Positions 60,168 through 64,000 of a stretch of 64,000 bases of DNA are shown here, piece by piece. Made by a program: the position numbers and the translations under genes. The stretch lies in NCBI GenBank assembly GCA_000092065.1, contig CP000584.1; one strand, given 5' to 3'. Below the pieces are notes generated by a model, which had not been told where the DNA came from, ran no database searches, and saw only the letters and a list, made by a program, of their open reading frames with translations. Position 1 is the stretch's first letter. Every line of letters begins with the position of its first letter. This stretch comes from Ostreococcus lucimarinus (lineage: Eukaryota).

Positions 60168-62243
60168 TCAAGACGTCCTTCTCCACGCGCGGTCCGCCTC
60201 GCTCGGCGACGCCTCGTCGTCGAGCAAAACTTGTTGATCGTCGTCTCGACGCATTTGCCCGCGTTCGAGCCAGTCGATGTCGTCGTCATCCTTCAGGATA
60301 CTCACTCGGGGTCCACGTGCCGCTTGAGATTCGCCACCAAAGTACTTCGGGTCGTAGAACAACGACGTACACAGCGCGATGAACTCAAACACCGAAAAGA
60401 GAGGCGTCAAGACAATCGTCAACACAAATAGGATGTTGTAATATATTGCGCCGGACACGACACCTTGCGATAAATCGGCGACGGACGCGCTCTTGTAAAA
60501 CCCAATGGCATACTTGAATGTCACACAAGCGGTGATGAAACCAACGATGCAAGAGACTGCAAACGTGTCCGCGCCGCTCGAACGCAAACACCAAGGAGCG
60601 AAAGCGCTGAGCACGGGAGCGATGGTCGAGAAGCCCGCGCTCACGCACGCAAGCGTTAAAGAAGCGCGATGCGAGTGATCGAGCGCACTCTCGTCGCGCA
60701 TCAAAACCAGCGCACTATGGTGATCTCGCGCTCGAAGTTTAAACAATTTCCAGACGTTGCTCGTCGGTATCGGCACGTGAACGCCCGCATCCAACCAGGA
60801 GAACTTGACGCCGTTGTTTGAACATCGCAACGCGAAAGCCGTGAGCTCAAAGCCGTCGTGCACGTCCATGTCGGCGAACCCAACTGCGAGCTCGAGTTCG
60901 TTTGGAACTACTAAATATGTGTTCGGAATCGGAGCGACGACGCGCGAGTGCTTCGCATACATCATTCGTAACGCACCGTACGATTCGCCTGCGCGGATGC
61001 ACTCTGCCATGGCTGGGATCCATTGAAACACGCTTTCGACGCCATCGATGAAGGAATTCGATGTTCGAGTGATTCCAGGAAGCACCGCACCTTGCGCGAG
61101 CCGGCGCACGTGTGTGTCCCCACGCCCAGACAAAGCCGCGAGACGTGTTTCTCGCGCGCAGTGTGCGAGCACGGCATCAACCGCTCGCACGTTCAGCAAC
61201 GAATCCGATCCTAAATGCACCACCCAGTCTCCCCATGTCGCCGAACTTGCACGCGTGGCGAAGTTCAACAACCCGCTGCTTCCTTGAACTTTGTAATTCA
61301 TCTCCAATGGAACCACAAGCTCGCTGACGCACGACGACGACACGCCAATCTCTTTTGTCGTCACCACTTCGATTTCAAACAACGTCGTCGGTATTGCGCG
61401 TTGCAGAATATCCACCGCCACGTCCACAGCGCGCTTCACTGCAAGTGGCTTCGCGTCACGTGATATGTGGAATCTAAAGTAAATTTTTCCGCCTAGCTCC
61501 TCCAATAGCTTTGAACGGTCGGGATAAGCCTCTAACCACACCGGCGGCCAGGTGAGGTACGCCGTGACGTGAGCGACGGCTGAAGGAATCGCTATGAAGC
61601 TCGCGACCGAAATAATCATCCAAACCACGTTTTCTAATGCATTTAACTCCAACACTTCCCCAGTTGGATTGAGGTAGGCGCCGAGCGCAGTGACGATGAC
61701 GAACGCGAAGACTAGCGCCATGAAGGAAGCGTACAAGCAGAACAGGCGACACAAAAGTGTGAAGGTCACCGGTTTATATGCTCGGCGCTCCGCCTTCCGA
61801 CGCAGGGCTTCTTTCGATGACTTGCCCGAGGCACTTTTCTTTCGCCCTCGTTCGGTTGCATCCCCTGAGCGGCGAGTACTCGCTCCGCTCCGACGAGACC
61901 TCGTACCGTGCGACGAAGCGGGCTTCTTCACACCACTCAGTAAACCTGTGGTGATCGCCGCGTCCTGACCCCTTGCGAGTGTTTCTGCGGCATCTTCGAA
62001 TGCATCCGCGTCTTCGCCGTCATCATCTGAATCGCTCGCGTCACCCGCGCGCATGTCGCCGTCGTCCTCTACGTCGGTGACGTACGCGTCCGAACTCGTC
62101 GTCGACGGCTCGTCGTCATCGAAACCACTCGCCGCGAGCGCGCGCGTGAGATCATCTGGTTCATCTCCGGGTAATCGTACGCCATCATTCTCTCTCCCCG
62201 GTAAAACCGCTCGCCAGCTCGGGTCGTTTTGATTGAGCGCCAT
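60168..62243 (-). CDS. Polytopic family-2 glycosyltransferase-like protein (egghead-like, tentative)
   Basis: Track ORF 60168..62300(-) starts at GTG; the first ATG is 62243 (MALNQNDPSW). TM helices flank a cytosolic domain with IEVVTTKEIG and WGDWVVHLGSDSLL, which resembles the W.vHLDEE region of egghead-type GT2 enzymes. Four or more C-terminal TM helices. Confidence 0.6.
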   Translation of the reverse strand: MALNQNDPSWRAVLPGRENDGVRLPGDEPDDLTRALAASGFDDDEPSTTSSDAYVTDVEDDGDMRAGDASDSDDDGEDADAFEDAAETLARGQDAAITTGLLSGVKKPASSHGTRSRRSGASTRRSGDATERGRKKSASGKSSKEALRRKAERRAYKPVTFTLLCRLFCLYASFMALVFAFVIVTALGAYLNPTGEVLELNALENVVWMIISVASFIAIPSAVAHVTAYLTWPPVWLEAYPDRSKLLEELGGKIYFRFHISRDAKPLAVKRAVDVAVDILQRAIPTTLFEIEVVTTKEIGVSSSCVSELVVPLEMNYKVQGSSGLLNFATRASSATWGDWVVHLGSDSLLNVRAVDAVLAHCARETRLAALSGRGDTHVRRLAQGAVLPGITRTSNSFIDGVESVFQWIPAMAECIRAGESYGALRMMYAKHSRVVAPIPNTYLVVPNELELAVGFADMDVHDGFELTAFALRCSNNGVKFSWLDAGVHVPIPTSNVWKLFKLRARDHHSALVLMRDESALDHSHRASLTLACVSAGFSTIAPVLSAFAPWCLRSSGADTFAVSCIVGFITACVTFKYAIGFYKSASVADLSQGVVSGAIYYNILFVLTIVLTPLFSVFEFIALCTSLFYDPKYFGGESQAARGPRVSILKDDDDIDWLERGQMRRDDDQQVLLDDEASPSEADRAWRRTS

Positions 62244-62474
62244 CGCTGCTTGCGTCAAGGAGGACGGCGATCTTCCCTCGCGTCGTCCGTGTTGGCGCAC
62301 CGAGGGCGACGACGGCGACGCTTGCGTCTGCGTCTACTTCTCCGTCGTTTTCGTCGTCGCCGTCGATTCCGTTTACACCGCCGCGCCCGCCACGCGACGG
62401 GACGCGTCTCACTGTGCGGATTTCGTTTAGTGTTGAACGGCTTACGACGTGAGAGCGCGGCGCGCGCGGGGGCG

Positions 62475-64000
62475 ATGTCGGAATCAACTGTGTCCGTATC
62501 GCTCGCCGGCGACGCCGACGCCACCGCGCGAGTCGGCGGCGACGTCGGGACAAACGAGGCGACGACGACGACGACGACGCCGACGACGACGGGAGCGACG
62601 AAGCCACGCCACAGGAACTTTCGCCGTCGGGCAGCGCATGATCGAAGGGAGCGATGGAGGCAGGCACAGACGGCCAACTGGCGCCGAGGCGCGGAGACTG
62701 ACAGCGAAGACCACAGCGATTCATCGCACTCGGACGCCGTGATGCGTTGGAAGCAAGGATCGAGCGCCGACGAGGCCGACGAGATTGACCTCAAAATGCC
62801 AGAGCACTTAAAGCCGGTATTCGTGCAAGGAAAGTTGATGATGCGAAAGAAAAAGCAGTCCAGCGCGCATGTGCGGTCGAAAAAGACGCTTCACGCGTCG
62901 AGTTCCGAGACGGCTTCGCACTCGTCGCGAAGTATATCTGAATGGGAGCGCGCGCAGACTGCCGCTTGGCGTGGGCAAGAGCAAGCGGTTCCATCTGGTT
63001 TGCAAGACTGGGACGACGACGACGACGACGATTTTGCGAATCGGTTGCGCCAGCCCTTGAAGTTGCCATCCACAGTCGCGTCGAGTAGTAGTAGCAGTAG
63101 CAGCAGCAGCTCTTCGAGCTCTTCGAGCGGCAGTGGCAACGATGGCTCGGCGAAAAAAGCGCCGTCGAAGCCCAAACCATCGATGCTCACCAGACAAGAT
63201 CACATCAGGCACGTTGATGAGAGTGACAAGGAGTATTACACCCCTACTGACTCCGACGACACGTTTGAATCCACTGACGGTGACGATGCGAGCGCCGAAT
63301 GCGAGGACGACGAGGTCGACGAATTTGATGAAGAGTTTGACGACGACGAGAACGGCGCTGAAGCGCGAAAAAAGTTGAGAAAGAAAAAGAAAAGAACAGA
63401 CAAAAGGGCGTTGGGTAAAGCTCTCACGCCGCCGATGAGTCCGAAGAGCAAGGCGAGGCATCGTTGCATCAAAGGAGAGCTCGCAGCGTCAAAGGCACGA
63501 ACGGAAGCGCTTCGCGCGCAGCACGCCGCCGTCAAGTACGCATTGGAAGTGGAGAGCGAAACAGGCGAGCGTGTGGTGAATGATGAGCTCAGTCTGGTGC
63601 TCGCCGAAGCTAGCAAAGAGAGTGGAACGATCGACGCCGGGATGCGAGTGCGCGCGAGCATGTTTGCGAAGACAAACGGGCTTTCACCTTTACCGGTTTG
63701 CACGTGCAACGAGACGCCCATGACGCTCATCGGCTCCAATCACAAAGGTTCGTGTGCGGCGTATTGCCAAATTCACATGCCGTTTGCGGCTGCGAAAATG
63801 GGGGTGTACGGAACTTCGCATAGTGAAAATCACGTCGAAGAGGCGACTCGACGTCTACGAGCGGTGTATCTAGAAGAGAAGGCGATCGAAGAAAAGCAAA
63901 AGCAAAAGGTGCGAAATGCTGAAGCGCGACGAAAAGCGCGAGGTGACTTTTCGTGGGCGAAGGGTGGAGCCCTGGAACGTCAAGCTGGTGATTCGAGTGA
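62475..64000 (+). CDS. 5' part of a gene running off the window end; product unknown
   Basis: The frame containing ATG 62475 (alternative ATG 62742) stays open to position 64000. It is not in the track because no stop is reached. It reads MSESTVSVSLAGD...MRWKQGSSADEADEIDLKMPEHLKPVFVQGKLMMRKKK...poly-Ser...CTCNETPMTLIGSNHKGSCAAYCQIH...EEKAIEEKQKQKVRNAEARRKARG. No family recognised. Confidence 0.5.
   Translation, partial: MSESTVSVSLAGDADATARVGGDVGTNEATTTTTTPTTTGATKPRHRNFRRRAAHDRRERWRQAQTANWRRGAETDSEDHSDSSHSDAVMRWKQGSSADEADEIDLKMPEHLKPVFVQGKLMMRKKKQSSAHVRSKKTLHASSSETASHSSRSISEWERAQTAAWRGQEQAVPSGLQDWDDDDDDDFANRLRQPLKLPSTVASSSSSSSSSSSSSSSSGSGNDGSAKKAPSKPKPSMLTRQDHIRHVDESDKEYYTPTDSDDTFESTDGDDASAECEDDEVDEFDEEFDDDENGAEARKKLRKKKKRTDKRALGKALTPPMSPKSKARHRCIKGELAASKARTEALRAQHAAVKYALEVESETGERVVNDELSLVLAEASKESGTIDAGMRVRASMFAKTNGLSPLPVCTCNETPMTLIGSNHKGSCAAYCQIHMPFAAAKMGVYGTSHSENHVEEATRRLRAVYLEEKAIEEKQKQKVRNAEARRKARGDFSWAKGGALERQAGDSS

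Noticed and set aside
60044-60172. Short repeated motif cgttcaaga (about 60046 and 60164) in the spacer upstream of the METTL20-like gene
   Set aside because: Only 9-10 nt are shared, which is within chance expectation for a 64-kb window.
1-64000. Prokaryotic-style features (operons, CRISPR arrays, RBS, rho-independent terminators, IS elements) and RNA genes (tRNA, rRNA)
   Set aside because: Gene content and spliceosomal introns show this is eukaryotic nuclear DNA. I saw no repeat-spacer arrays and no tRNA-like GTTCGAATC/T-loop contexts outside coding sequence. No stretch resembles rRNA.
1-64000. Selenoprotein genes (in-frame TGA) near the SBP2-like gene
   Set aside because: I looked for adjacent same-frame ORFs separated by a single TGA with Cys/Sec-type redox motifs and found none that was convincing. 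SECIS elements cannot be judged reliably by eye.

Overview
This window is eukaryotic nuclear DNA. It is very GC-rich and extremely gene-dense: about 33 protein genes in 64 kb, on both strands, with intergenic spacers mostly 20-300 bp. I detected only three introns. The gene content includes a plant-type ORC1 with a PHD finger inside the BAH domain, DNMT5, an SPX protein, a plastid-type CtpA protease, a DUF4336 protein with a twin-arginine signal, and a SECIS-binding-protein-2 homologue. TGTAA motifs sit just after several stop codons. Together these suggest a picoplanktonic green alga of the Mamiellophyceae type (Ostreococcus/Micromonas-like). That is an inference; no database was searched. 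I saw no rRNA, tRNA, CRISPR array or clear transposon. Because of the GC bias, the six-frame track is full of long spurious antisense ORFs rich in R/S/A/P. I kept only ORFs with recognisable motifs or plausible composition. The track also uses GTG/TTG starts, so I trimmed each start to the first ATG that does not run into the divergent neighbour. CDS coordinates include the stop codon. The most noteworthy observations are: (1) a 1,553-aa single polypeptide fusing a serine hydrolase, an acyl-adenylating ligase, a multi-pass acyltransferase-3 membrane domain and a carrier-protein-like tail (31730-36391); (2) an intron-less gene for a tyrosine recombinase with an apparently complete catalytic set, head-to-head with ORC1 (17289-18974); (3) DNMT5 with a previously hidden spliced leader exon and a perfect 7x15-bp KKTPT repeat; (4) three 5'-proximal introns with near-identical splice and branch signals that repair the N-termini of the DDX3, SPX and DNMT5 genes; (5) a GATC/CGATCG-dense, palindrome-containing block in the unusually long region upstream of DDX3; and (6) a 31-bp tandem duplication in a bidirectional promoter. 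All functional calls come from motif recognition by eye and need HMM/BLAST confirmation.
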